Source of the DNA: Gemmatimonadota bacterium
GTDB lineage: Bacteria; Gemmatimonadota; Gemmatimonadetes; Palauibacterales; Palauibacteraceae
Direction of reading: 5' to 3'
DNA length: 12,758 nt
Assembly: GCA_039588275.1 (NCBI GenBank)
Contig: JBDHAC010000078.1
Coordinates: 1-12,758 of the forward strand
Made by a program: the position numbers and the translations under genes. A model generated the notes under the pieces. The model was given only the letters and a program-made list of their open reading frames with translations. It was not told where the DNA came from and did no database searches. Every line of letters starts with the position of its first letter. Position 1 is the stretch's first letter. Below are positions 1 through 9,894 of this stretch, one piece after another.

Positions 1-38
1 ACTTTTTTTCAGTCAGCCACGCCCGGTATTACCGCCTC

Positions 39-2954
<2,916 letters not shown>

Positions 2955-2962
2955 AGCCCGGC

Positions 2963-2992
2963 ATCGTAGGCGCGCTCGGCGCCGCAGGGCAA
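2963..2992 (-). promoter_or_regulatory. Putative sigma70-type promoter for uvrA (leaderless or near-leaderless)
   Basis: Minus strand reads TTGCCC (2992-2987), N18, TACGAT (2968-2963), N8, ATG (2954). No Shine-Dalgarno lies between the -10 box and the ATG. Confidence 0.55.
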
Positions 2993-3013
2993 GCTACTCC
3001 CCGGGTCTTGTCT

Positions 3014-4453
3014 CTAGTGGGCGCGTCGCAGGGTCGCCGTGATCCAGCCTACCCCCAAGGTGACCGCGGTCCCGATCGCCACGAACCACGGCCACGCGAC
3101 CGCGCCGCGCGCCAGCGACCACAGGAGGATCATGGAGCCGATTCCGGTCACGATCCCGGCGATCGCGTCCGGGGCTCCGGCACGGGGGACGAACCGAGCC
3201 AGTGCGAAGGCGCCGAGCAACCCGCCGTACACGAGCGACGCGATGCCGAGAGACACCTCGACGGCAGCGCTCTGGCGACTCAGCGGGATGAACAGGATCG
3301 CGGCGCCAACGAGGAGTACGGCCCACCCGATCGTGAACCTGCGCCCGGCCCGCAGGATCGCCTGGTCATCCTCCGTCCGACCCTTCGCGGGCGCCCAGAA
3401 GTCGTACGCGGACGCCGAGGCGAGCGAGTTGATCGAGCTCGACAGGGTCGACATGGCGGCGGCGAAGACCCCGGCGATCAGCAGCCCGCGCAGCCCGACC
3501 GGGAGCGCTTCGAGGATGAAGCGGGGGAAGATCTCGTCCGAGCGATCGAAGCCTGCGCCCCCGTAGAACACCCACACGCCCATACCGACAAGCAGGAACA
3601 GCGCGAACTGCACCAACACGGCAAACCCGCTGCCGACGAGCGCGCGCCGGCTGGAGCGTAGATCTCGACAAGCGAGGAGCCGCTGCACGATGAGCTGGTC
3701 GGTCCCGTGCGACCCCATGCTGAGAAACGCCCCGCCGATGAGACCGGCCCACAGCGTATACGGCACCCCGGGATCCCACCCGAGATCGAAGACGCGGAGC
3801 TTGCCGGCCGCGGCAGCCTGATCGAAGATCGTCCCCCAACCTCCCGCCACTGCGGTGTGGAGGACGGCGATCGCCACCAGTCCTCCGACCAGATACAACC
3901 CCATCTGCATGGCGTCCACCCATACGACGGCCCGGATCCCGCCCAGGTACGTGTAGATGAAGGTCGCGAGCCCGATCACACCAATGGCCACTGGATAGGA
4001 CCACCCCGTCATCAGGGCCAGAGGGATCGCGGTGGCGAACAGTCTCACCGAGTCGGCCAGGAGGCGGGTGATCATGAAGATGCCCGAGGTGAGCCGTCTG
4101 GTCGAGCCGCCGAAGCGTTGGTCCAGGAGCTCGTAAGCGGTCATCAGCTCGCCGCTCTGGTACGCCGGGAGGAGCCAGGCGGCCACGACGATGCGCCCGA
4201 CGATGTACCCCATCGCGATCTGCAGGAAGCCCAGCGTGCCCAGGTAGGCCACGCCTGGGATGCTCAGGAACGTGAGCGTGCTCGTCTCGGTGGCCACCAC
4301 CGACAGGAGGACCGCGCCCCACGGGAGATCACGGTTCCCGAGGAAGTAATCACGCCCCCCGCGCGCGCCGCGCCCCAGCCAGGCGCCCCATAGAGTCACG
4401 CCGGCGAGGTACAAGAAGAGAACGAGGAGGTCTAGGCGATCCAGACCACCCAC
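3014..4453 (-). CDS. Sodium:solute symporter (SSS/SLC5 family), candidate amino-sugar (MurNAc/GlcNAc/anhMurNAc) importer
   Basis: 479-aa very hydrophobic ORF with SSS motifs [46 protein letters not shown] and [13 protein letters not shown] (Na2-site helix). The GTG start lies 1 nt after the upstream stop (TGA-G-GTG). Family assignment is firm; substrate is inferred only from context. Confidence 0.93.
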   Translation of the reverse strand: MGGLDRLDLLVLFLYLAGVTLWGAWLGRGARGGRDYFLGNRDLPWGAVLLSVVATETSTLTFLSIPGVAYLGTLGFLQIAMGYIVGRIVVAAWLLPAYQSGELMTAYELLDQRFGGSTRRLTSGIFMITRLLADSVRLFATAIPLALMTGWSYPVAIGVIGLATFIYTYLGGIRAVVWVDAMQMGLYLVGGLVAIAVLHTAVAGGWGTIFDQAAAAGKLRVFDLGWDPGVPYTLWAGLIGGAFLSMGSHGTDQLIVQRLLACRDLRSSRRALVGSGFAVLVQFALFLLVGMGVWVFYGGAGFDRSDEIFPRFILEALPVGLRGLLIAGVFAAAMSTLSSSINSLASASAYDFWAPAKGRTEDDQAILRAGRRFTIGWAVLLVGAAILFIPLSRQSAAVEVSLGIASLVYGGLLGAFALARFVPRAGAPDAIAGIVTGIGSMILLWSLARGAVAWPWFVAIGTAVTLGVGWITATLRRAH

Positions 4454-4454
4454 C

Positions 4455-7400
4455 TCACCCGGAACCGGGCGGCAGGTCGCGAATCGAGGTCACGACCGCG
4501 TCGTGCACCGCGCGCCGCAGCGGAATGTGGCGTCGGTTCTCGCGCGTCGGGTTCACGCGGTTGGTCAGCAACACCACGAACAGATCCAGCTCCGGGTCCA
4601 CCCACAGGCTGGTTCCGGTGAAACCGGTGTGCCCGAACGCGGCCGCGGTCATGAATCGGCCCGCCGAGGAGCCTTCCGAAGGCGTGTCCCAGCCGAGCGC
4701 GCGACTCGACGCCGGATCCTGGCGCCGGACGAAGACCGACACAGTGGCGGGAGAGGGGAAGCGCTCCACGAGCACCCCTGCCGCCGCGTCCAAGATCCGC
4801 TGAGCGAAGACGGCCAGGTCCCGGGCGCTCGAGAACAGTCCGGCGTGCCCGGCCACCCCGCCGAGGGCGTGTGCGTTCTCGTCGTGCACGACTCCTCGCA
4901 AGTGGGCGTGACGGAACACAGTGTCGATCTCGGTCGGGGCGACGCGCTCGTGGAGGGATGCGGGAGGTGTGAAGCGGGTCTCGCGCAGCCCGAGCGGACC
5001 GAACAGCGAGCGCTCCAGCAGCACGTCGATCGGCTCCCCCGAAATCTGTTCCGCGATGAACCCCAGGGTGATGAAGCCCAGATCGCTGTATACGGTTCGC
5101 TCACCCGGCGAATAGGCCGCAGGGAGCTCCCCGATCGCGCGCCGATACGCCTCCCGTCCGGCCAGCTCCTGCCAGAACGGGCGGAACGGAGGCAGTCCAC
5201 CCCGGTGACGCAGCAGGTCCCGTACGGTGACGGTCTTCTTCCAGCCATCGCCCCACTCCGGGAGATATCGCCCGACGGGCGCGTCGAGCTGGAGATCCTC
5301 GGTTTCGACGAGCTGCATGATCGCGGTGGTCGTGGCGACCACCTTCGTCAGCGAGGCCAGGTCGTACAGGGTCGAGTCGGTCACCGTGGGCGAAGCCGGA
5401 TCCCAGTCCTGCCTCCCGTATCCGCGCAACCGCACGAGCCGGCCATGACGGCCGATGGCGAGCGCGGCGCCCGGTGTCACCGAATCGGAGATTGCGCCGA
5501 GGATGATGTCGTCGACACGCTCCAGTCCTTCCACCTCCATGCCGACCGTCTTCGGCTCCACCTCCATGCCCACCGTCTCCGGCTTCACCTCCAGCGGGTC
5601 GGGTCGCTGCAAGCCTTCGCCCACCGCGTGGTAGGGTGGGAGCGATATCGGTAGTCGCCCCGAGATCGGCGCGTGCCCGAGGAGCGCGTCGGCCGCGGCG
5701 CGCTGTGCGACCTCCTGCCCTCCCCAGGCCAGGAGGTACGCCCCGGCATCCGGGAGCGCCGAGAGCAGATACGGGCTCCCGAAGGAGAGGACCAGCGGGG
5801 TTCGACCACGCTCCTCGAGGTCGGTCGCGAAGTCGATGAGCTCGGTGCTCACATCCAGCGAGCCGGCCGCGGAGCGGGGTGGCACGTAAGCGGAGATGAG
5901 CACCACATCCGCCGAGTCCGCGCGCATGAGCAGAGAGTCGTACCGGTCCTTACCCGTCGAGGCCGTGACGTGGGCGGCTTCGACAACCTCGACGTGCTCC
6001 CCGATTCGCTGATCGAAGGCTCGGCCCGACGTGACGTCCTCGTCGCGCGTATACGTGATGCTGAGGACGCGTTCCCGCGCGGCGCCCCGGAGCGGCACCC
6101 GGCCGGAGACGTCTCGCACCAGCGTGATCGAGCGCCGGGCGACTGTGTCCGCGAACGCGGCGTGCGCGGCGGCGCCCACCATCTCCGCTACCCGCTCCGG
6201 GTCCACCAGGCGTCCGTCCGGCAGCCCGGCCCGAGCCTTGAGCTCCAGCAACCGCCGCACGGAGGCTTCGATGCGGGCTTCGGACAGCCGTCCCGCCTCG
6301 ACAGCGGCCACCACGCTCGCGATCGCGGCAGGTGGATCGGGAGGCATGAGGAGCACATCGGCGCCCGCCTCCAGTGCACGGACCGCGGCCTCGTCTCCGA
6401 ACCCGTTTACGATCGCGCCCATCTCCAGCGCATCGGTGAACACCAGCCCGCCGAACCCCATCTCGTCTCGGAGAAGGTCCGTCATGAAGAATGGAGAGAG
6501 CGTCGCGGGAGGTGCCTCGGCGCCCAGGATCGAGGGGGCCGCGACGTGCGCCGTCATGATGGCGTCGACACCCGCCTCGATGGCGCTCCGGAACGGGACG
6601 AGCTCGACGCGATCCAGTCGATCCCGGTCGCCCTCGATCACCGGAAGATCGATGTGCGAGTCCGAGCGCGTGTCGCCGTGCCCCGGAAAGTGCTTGCCGG
6701 TGGTCATGAGTCCTCCGGCGCGCGCACCGCGTACGTATGCCGAGCCCAAAACCGCAACGCGCTCGGGTTCCTGACCGAACGACCGAGTGTTGATGATGGG
6801 ATTCTCCGGGTTGCTGTTGACGTCCAGCACCGGCGCGAAGTTCAGGTGCACCCCCACGGCTCGGGCCTCGGAGGCGGTGATCCGTCCCACCTCGTACACG
6901 ACGCGTTCATCCCCGATAGCGCCCAGGGCCATCGCAGGGGGAAACTCGGTCGCACCACCCATGTCCAGCATCCACGGGAGAGCGTAGATGCTCCCGAGTC
7001 GGGATCCGGCACCCGCCTCGAAGTCGGCCGCGACGAGGAGCGGCTGGCTCGCGAGACCCTGCAGATAGTTGAGCTTGGCGACGTATTCGTGCGGGGTCCC
7101 GAGGGAGATCACCAGCCCGCCGATCCCGTGGGTCTCGACGAGGTCCGCGAGATGCTGCATCTCGTCGCTCGACGTGGCGGCATAGCCTCCTGACAACCAC
7201 ACCATCACGAGCTGCGCAACCCTCTCGCCCAGATCGAGCGACGCCAACGTCGCCTCGACCCATCGCTGTGCCTCGGGATCGAGGTGGGCCTCCTGCGCCG
7301 GGTCGGGCAGGTCCGGAGGGCGCGCCGCCGGCTCCGGCAGGGCCCGTGTCGCACACGCCAGCCCGATGGCGGCCAGCCCCACGACCCTGGCAGGTCGCCA

Positions 7401-7475
7401 TCGAGCCCGAACGGGTCGCTTCAGCCGCGGGCGGCGCTTTCCGGTCCCGCGACGCGCGATTAGTGTGGCGAACAT
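4455..7475 (-). CDS. Fusion of GH3 beta-N-acetylglucosaminidase (NagZ-type, N- and C-terminal GH3 domains) with a C-terminal beta-lactamase-fold serine hydrolase (AmiE-like); possible lipoprotein
   Basis: NagZ signature KHFPGHGDTRSDSH, FAPVLDVNSNPENPIINTRSFG, ADFEAG and nucleophile region VFTDALEM. C-terminal domain has SxxK (DLASLTK), LLRHRGGL, VYSDLGF, GVVHDENA, GHAGLFS, FGHTGFTGT and LLTNR. N-terminus: basic stretch, short hydrophobic segment, then IGLAC (Cys41, imperfect lipobox). Confidence 0.94.
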   Translation of the reverse strand: MFATLIARRGTGKRRPRLKRPVRARWRPARVVGLAAIGLACATRALPEPAARPPDLPDPAQEAHLDPEAQRWVEATLASLDLGERVAQLVMVWLSGGYAATSSDEMQHLADLVETHGIGGLVISLGTPHEYVAKLNYLQGLASQPLLVAADFEAGAGSRLGSIYALPWMLDMGGATEFPPAMALGAIGDERVVYEVGRITASEARAVGVHLNFAPVLDVNSNPENPIINTRSFGQEPERVAVLGSAYVRGARAGGLMTTGKHFPGHGDTRSDSHIDLPVIEGDRDRLDRVELVPFRSAIEAGVDAIMTAHVAAPSILGAEAPPATLSPFFMTDLLRDEMGFGGLVFTDALEMGAIVNGFGDEAAVRALEAGADVLLMPPDPPAAIASVVAAVEAGRLSEARIEASVRRLLELKARAGLPDGRLVDPERVAEMVGAAAHAAFADTVARRSITLVRDVSGRVPLRGAARERVLSITYTRDEDVTSGRAFDQRIGEHVEVVEAAHVTASTGKDRYDSLLMRADSADVVLISAYVPPRSAAGSLDVSTELIDFATDLEERGRTPLVLSFGSPYLLSALPDAGAYLLAWGGQEVAQRAAADALLGHAPISGRLPISLPPYHAVGEGLQRPDPLEVKPETVGMEVEPKTVGMEVEGLERVDDIILGAISDSVTPGAALAIGRHGRLVRLRGYGRQDWDPASPTVTDSTLYDLASLTKVVATTTAIMQLVETEDLQLDAPVGRYLPEWGDGWKKTVTVRDLLRHRGGLPPFRPFWQELAGREAYRRAIGELPAAYSPGERTVYSDLGFITLGFIAEQISGEPIDVLLERSLFGPLGLRETRFTPPASLHERVAPTEIDTVFRHAHLRGVVHDENAHALGGVAGHAGLFSSARDLAVFAQRILDAAAGVLVERFPSPATVSVFVRRQDPASSRALGWDTPSEGSSAGRFMTAAAFGHTGFTGTSLWVDPELDLFVVLLTNRVNPTRENRRHIPLRRAVHDAVVTSIRDLPPGSG
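5530..5593. repeat. In-frame 27-bp tandem repeat (about 2.4 copies) at the GH3 / serine-hydrolase junction
   Basis: 5530-5556 tccacctccatgccgaccgtcttcggc; 5557-5583 tccacctccatgcccaccgtctccggc (2 mismatches); partial 5584-5593 ttcacctcca. Protein: LEVK-PETVGMEVE-PKTVGMEVE. Confidence 0.92.
7438..7466 (+). promoter_or_regulatory. Putative leaderless promoter for namZ
   Basis: TTTCCG (7438-7443), N17, TAGTGT (7461-7466), N7, ATG (7474). The -35 match is weak. There is no Shine-Dalgarno before the ATG. Confidence 0.4.
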
Positions 7476-8847
7476 GGTGGGTCGGCCGATCTCTCCCAGG
7501 CGAGTTCCCCCCGAGCCCCGACGGGCCGGACGCGACCGGAAAGGTATTCGGCCGCCATCAGCGCTACAACGAGCCCGACGCGCCGCGGGTCCTCGTCATT
7601 CATCGGGATGGTGCCTGGCGGGGGTTCTCGCCGCCGGTGCGTGGGCGTTCGGCGCATGCGGCTCAACGGGTCAACAGGTTGCCCAGACGGACGGGATCCT
7701 GCCAGGAATCGATGTGCTGCTGTCGGACTCGGCGCATCTCGTGCGCGGGCGACGGGTCGGCTTGATCACCAATCAAACGGGCCTCGACCGCGCCGGTCAT
7801 AGCTCGATCGACCGGCTCAACGAGCGCGGCGACATCGAGCTCGTGTCCCTGTTCGCCCCGGAACACGGGATCCGGGGCGCAGTGGCCGAGGGAGTCGACG
7901 TAGGCGAGGAGCACGACGCCGAGACCGGTCTTCCGGTCTACTCGCTGTACGGGGCGACGCGGGAGCCGACGGTCGGGATGCTGGCCGCCCTGGACGCGCT
8001 CCTATTCGACATCCAGGACATCGGAACACGGTACTACACGTATCTGTCCACCATGGCGCTGGCCATGCGTGTCGCGGCCGATATCGGCCTGCCGTTCATC
8101 GTCCTGGACCGGCCCAACCCGATCGGCGGCCTGCTCGTGCAGGGGCCCGTCCTCGACCCGGCCTTCTCGTCTTTCGTCGGGCTGTACCCGATCCCGGTAC
8201 GACACGGGATGACGGCGGGCGAGCTGGCGCGCCTGTACAACGAGCGCTTCGGGATCGGCGCCCGGTTGCACGTCGTACCCATGCGAGGCTGGGCGCGCTC
8301 GGCGTGGTTCGACGAGACGGAGCTCGAGTGGATCGCGCCATCCCCGAGCATGCCCTCGCTGGAGAGCGCCACCCACTACCCGGGCACGTGTCTGTTCGAA
8401 GGGACGAACCTGTCCGTGGGTCGGGGAACCCCGGCCGCGTTTCAGCAGATCGGGGCGCCCTGGGTGGACGGCGAGGAGCTCGCGCGGCGTCTGGCGAGTT
8501 ACGACCTCGAAGGCGTGCGCTTCGAGCCCGTTCGGTTCACCCCACGGTCACCCACGGACGGCAAGTACGACGGAGAGCGTGTCTCGGGCGTGCGGTTCGT
8601 GGCCACGGACCGTGAGCGATACGATCCCGTGGCGGCGGGCGTGGCGGCGCTCCTCGAGGCGCGCTCGCTCGCGCGTGAGGGCGCTGACGCCTGGGAGTGG
8701 AATTCCGCGCACTTCGATCGCCTGGCCGGCGGTGGCACGCTGCGCGAGGCGATCGACGCCGCCTCCACGCTCGATTCGATCCGGGAGATCTGGGAGGATG
8801 CGCTGCCCGCCTTCCGAAGCCTGCGAGAGCGCTTCCTCATCTACTGA
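7474..8847 (+). CDS. namZ: Exo-beta-N-acetylmuramidase NamZ family (DUF1343, GH171); possible lipoprotein
   Basis: Motifs GLITNQTG, LFAPEHG, VYSLYG, FDIQDIGTRYYTY, LDRPNP, RHGMTAGELA, YPGTCLFEGTNLSVGRGT and a C-terminal FLIY. Start moved from 7366 to ATG 7474 (GTG 7477 also possible); these are the last ATG/GTG/TTG codons before the hydrophobic segment LAGVLAAGAWAFGAC (Cys codon 7657). The start remains uncertain. Confidence 0.94.
   Translation: MVGRPISPRRVPPEPRRAGRDRKGIRPPSALQRARRAAGPRHSSGWCLAGVLAAGAWAFGACGSTGQQVAQTDGILPGIDVLLSDSAHLVRGRRVGLITNQTGLDRAGHSSIDRLNERGDIELVSLFAPEHGIRGAVAEGVDVGEEHDAETGLPVYSLYGATREPTVGMLAALDALLFDIQDIGTRYYTYLSTMALAMRVAADIGLPFIVLDRPNPIGGLLVQGPVLDPAFSSFVGLYPIPVRHGMTAGELARLYNERFGIGARLHVVPMRGWARSAWFDETELEWIAPSPSMPSLESATHYPGTCLFEGTNLSVGRGTPAAFQQIGAPWVDGEELARRLASYDLEGVRFEPVRFTPRSPTDGKYDGERVSGVRFVATDRERYDPVAAGVAALLEARSLAREGADAWEWNSAHFDRLAGGGTLREAIDAASTLDSIREIWEDALPAFRSLRERFLIY
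7541..7569 (-). promoter_or_regulatory. Putative sigma70-type promoter for the GH3-fusion/symporter operon, inside the namZ 5' coding region
   Basis: Minus strand reads TTGTAG (7569-7564), N17, TACCTT (7546-7541). Predicted start is near 7534. GGGAGAG (7497-7491) lies 15 nt before ATG 7475, which is longer than optimal spacing. Confidence 0.45.
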
Positions 8848-8877
8848 GCACGGACCGCGGCCCGCTCCACATCTACT

Positions 8878-8918
8878 GAACCCCGATCCCATCGAACCCC
8901 GATCCCATCGAACCCCGA
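8878..8918. repeat. Perfect 16-bp tandem repeat (about 2.6 copies) in the convergent namZ / lipid kinase intergenic region
   Basis: gaaccccgatcccatc at 8878-8893 and 8894-8909, then gaaccccga at 8910-8918. Confidence 0.95.
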
Positions 8919-8942
8919 CCACCAGACCGGGGCTGCCGTCCG

Positions 8943-9860
8943 CTAATGCGGGACGAGGATGCGTCCGACGAGCGGCTCCATCACCGCCTCGATCGGTGTC
9001 GCGCCTCGTAGCTCGCCATCGATCTGGAACGCTACGGGCGGATCGGATTCGATGTGGACGTGCTTGGCCTGGAGGAAGATCATCCGATCGTCCCCGGCGA
9101 ATTGGCGCCTGGCCACGCGCCACAGGATTCGGGCCACCTCGGGGAGGTTCCTGGGAGCGTAGATGCACACGTCTATGAGGCCGTCGCGAAACGAGACCCG
9201 CGGCGCGACCGTGACCTCGACGGGGAGCGGCCCCGCCGCCAGCTGCCCCACGTTGGCGAGCAGCACCATCGAGGCCCTCACCTTGACCTCGTGCTCATCT
9301 GCCACGATCCGGTAGTCGGCGCTCGGTTGGGTCATCACCTGCTTGAGGCCGCTGTACAGGTAGGCCCCGAACCCGAGCCGGTGCTTGAGCTCATCGGTGG
9401 CAGCGGCCATCACGTCGGCATCGAGCCCGGCCCCCGCGATGAGCGCGAAGTACTCTCCGTTCGCACGACCCAAATCGACTTCTTCCACGCGACCTTCGAC
9501 GGCCACCCGCACGCTGTCCTCCAGGGACGTCGGGATGTCGAAGTTGAGCGCCAGCTGGTTCCCGGTTCCGAACGGTAGGATGGCCACCGGCACCCCCGTG
9601 CCTGCCGTTCCCTTGAGGGCCTGCGCGACTGTCCCGTCACCGCCGACCGCCGCGACCGCCCGGTACCCGGCGTGTGCGGCCTGATGGGCCACCTCGAGTC
9701 CATGCTCCGCGTCCGTGGTCTCGACGATGTCGAACGGCACGTCCAGCGCCGCGAACGCTCCCCCCAGCCGACGCCTGAGTGCCTCGGGGAACCCGCCGCT
9801 CGCCCGCGGATTCACGAGCACCAGAAAACGCTCGGACTCCGGGATCGGGAAGGAGCTCAC
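8943..9860 (-). CDS. Diacylglycerol/lipid kinase family protein (YegS/Rv2252/BmrU, soluble DAGK fold)
   Basis: 305 aa with VLVNPRASGG, AVGGDGTV, ILPFGTGN, VDLGRAN, IAGAGLDA, K-x-R-L-G-x-x-A-Y, DGLIDV and FQIDGE. GTG start with no clear RBS. Confidence 0.93.
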   Translation of the reverse strand: MSSFPIPESERFLVLVNPRASGGFPEALRRRLGGAFAALDVPFDIVETTDAEHGLEVAHQAAHAGYRAVAAVGGDGTVAQALKGTAGTGVPVAILPFGTGNQLALNFDIPTSLEDSVRVAVEGRVEEVDLGRANGEYFALIAGAGLDADVMAAATDELKHRLGFGAYLYSGLKQVMTQPSADYRIVADEHEVKVRASMVLLANVGQLAAGPLPVEVTVAPRVSFRDGLIDVCIYAPRNLPEVARILWRVARRQFAGDDRMIFLQAKHVHIESDPPVAFQIDGELRGATPIEAVMEPLVGRILVPH

Positions 9861-9894
9861 GGATCGATCCGGAGGCGTTTCGGCTGCACGCCGG

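Noticed and set aside
1..38. T7 run at 3-9 and palindrome cggta-t-taccg (24-34) downstream of uvrA as a terminator
   Set aside because: The T-run is on the wrong strand for uvrA, the palindrome has a 1-nt loop, and the context is cut by the window edge.
2955..3013. LexA/SOS box upstream of uvrA
   Set aside because: No match to CTGT-N8-ACAG, GAAC-N4-GTTC or GTTC-N7-GTTC. A lineage-specific box cannot be excluded.
4455..5560. Beta-lactam resistance gene
   Set aside because: The fold is shared with class C beta-lactamases, but the YSD, VHDENA, GHAGLFS and HTGFTG motifs and the NagZ/NamZ context point to an AmiE-like hydrolase.
5673..7193. 506-aa plus-strand ORF (and the 383-aa ORF at 4503..5654)
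   Set aside because: Fully antisense to the well-supported GH3 fusion; composition is typical of reverse-frame shadows.
7366..7473. ORF-track start of namZ at 7366
   Set aside because: It would overlap the opposite gene by 110 bp and put the signal-like segment more than 80 residues in. ATG 7474 fits better.
8878..8918. CRISPR array
   Set aside because: Units are 16 bp, directly adjacent with no spacers, and no cas genes are present.
8943..9860. Lipid kinase as an undecaprenol kinase belonging to the peptidoglycan module
   Set aside because: Known undecaprenol kinases are small membrane DgkA-type proteins. This is the soluble DAGK fold, and it lies in the convergent tamB-htpX run.
9860..9892. 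12-bp palindrome cggatcgatccg and a weak ggcgt/acgcc stem between htpX and the kinase
   Set aside because: Short GC-rich palindromes are expected by chance here, and there is no U-tract or second copy to support a function.
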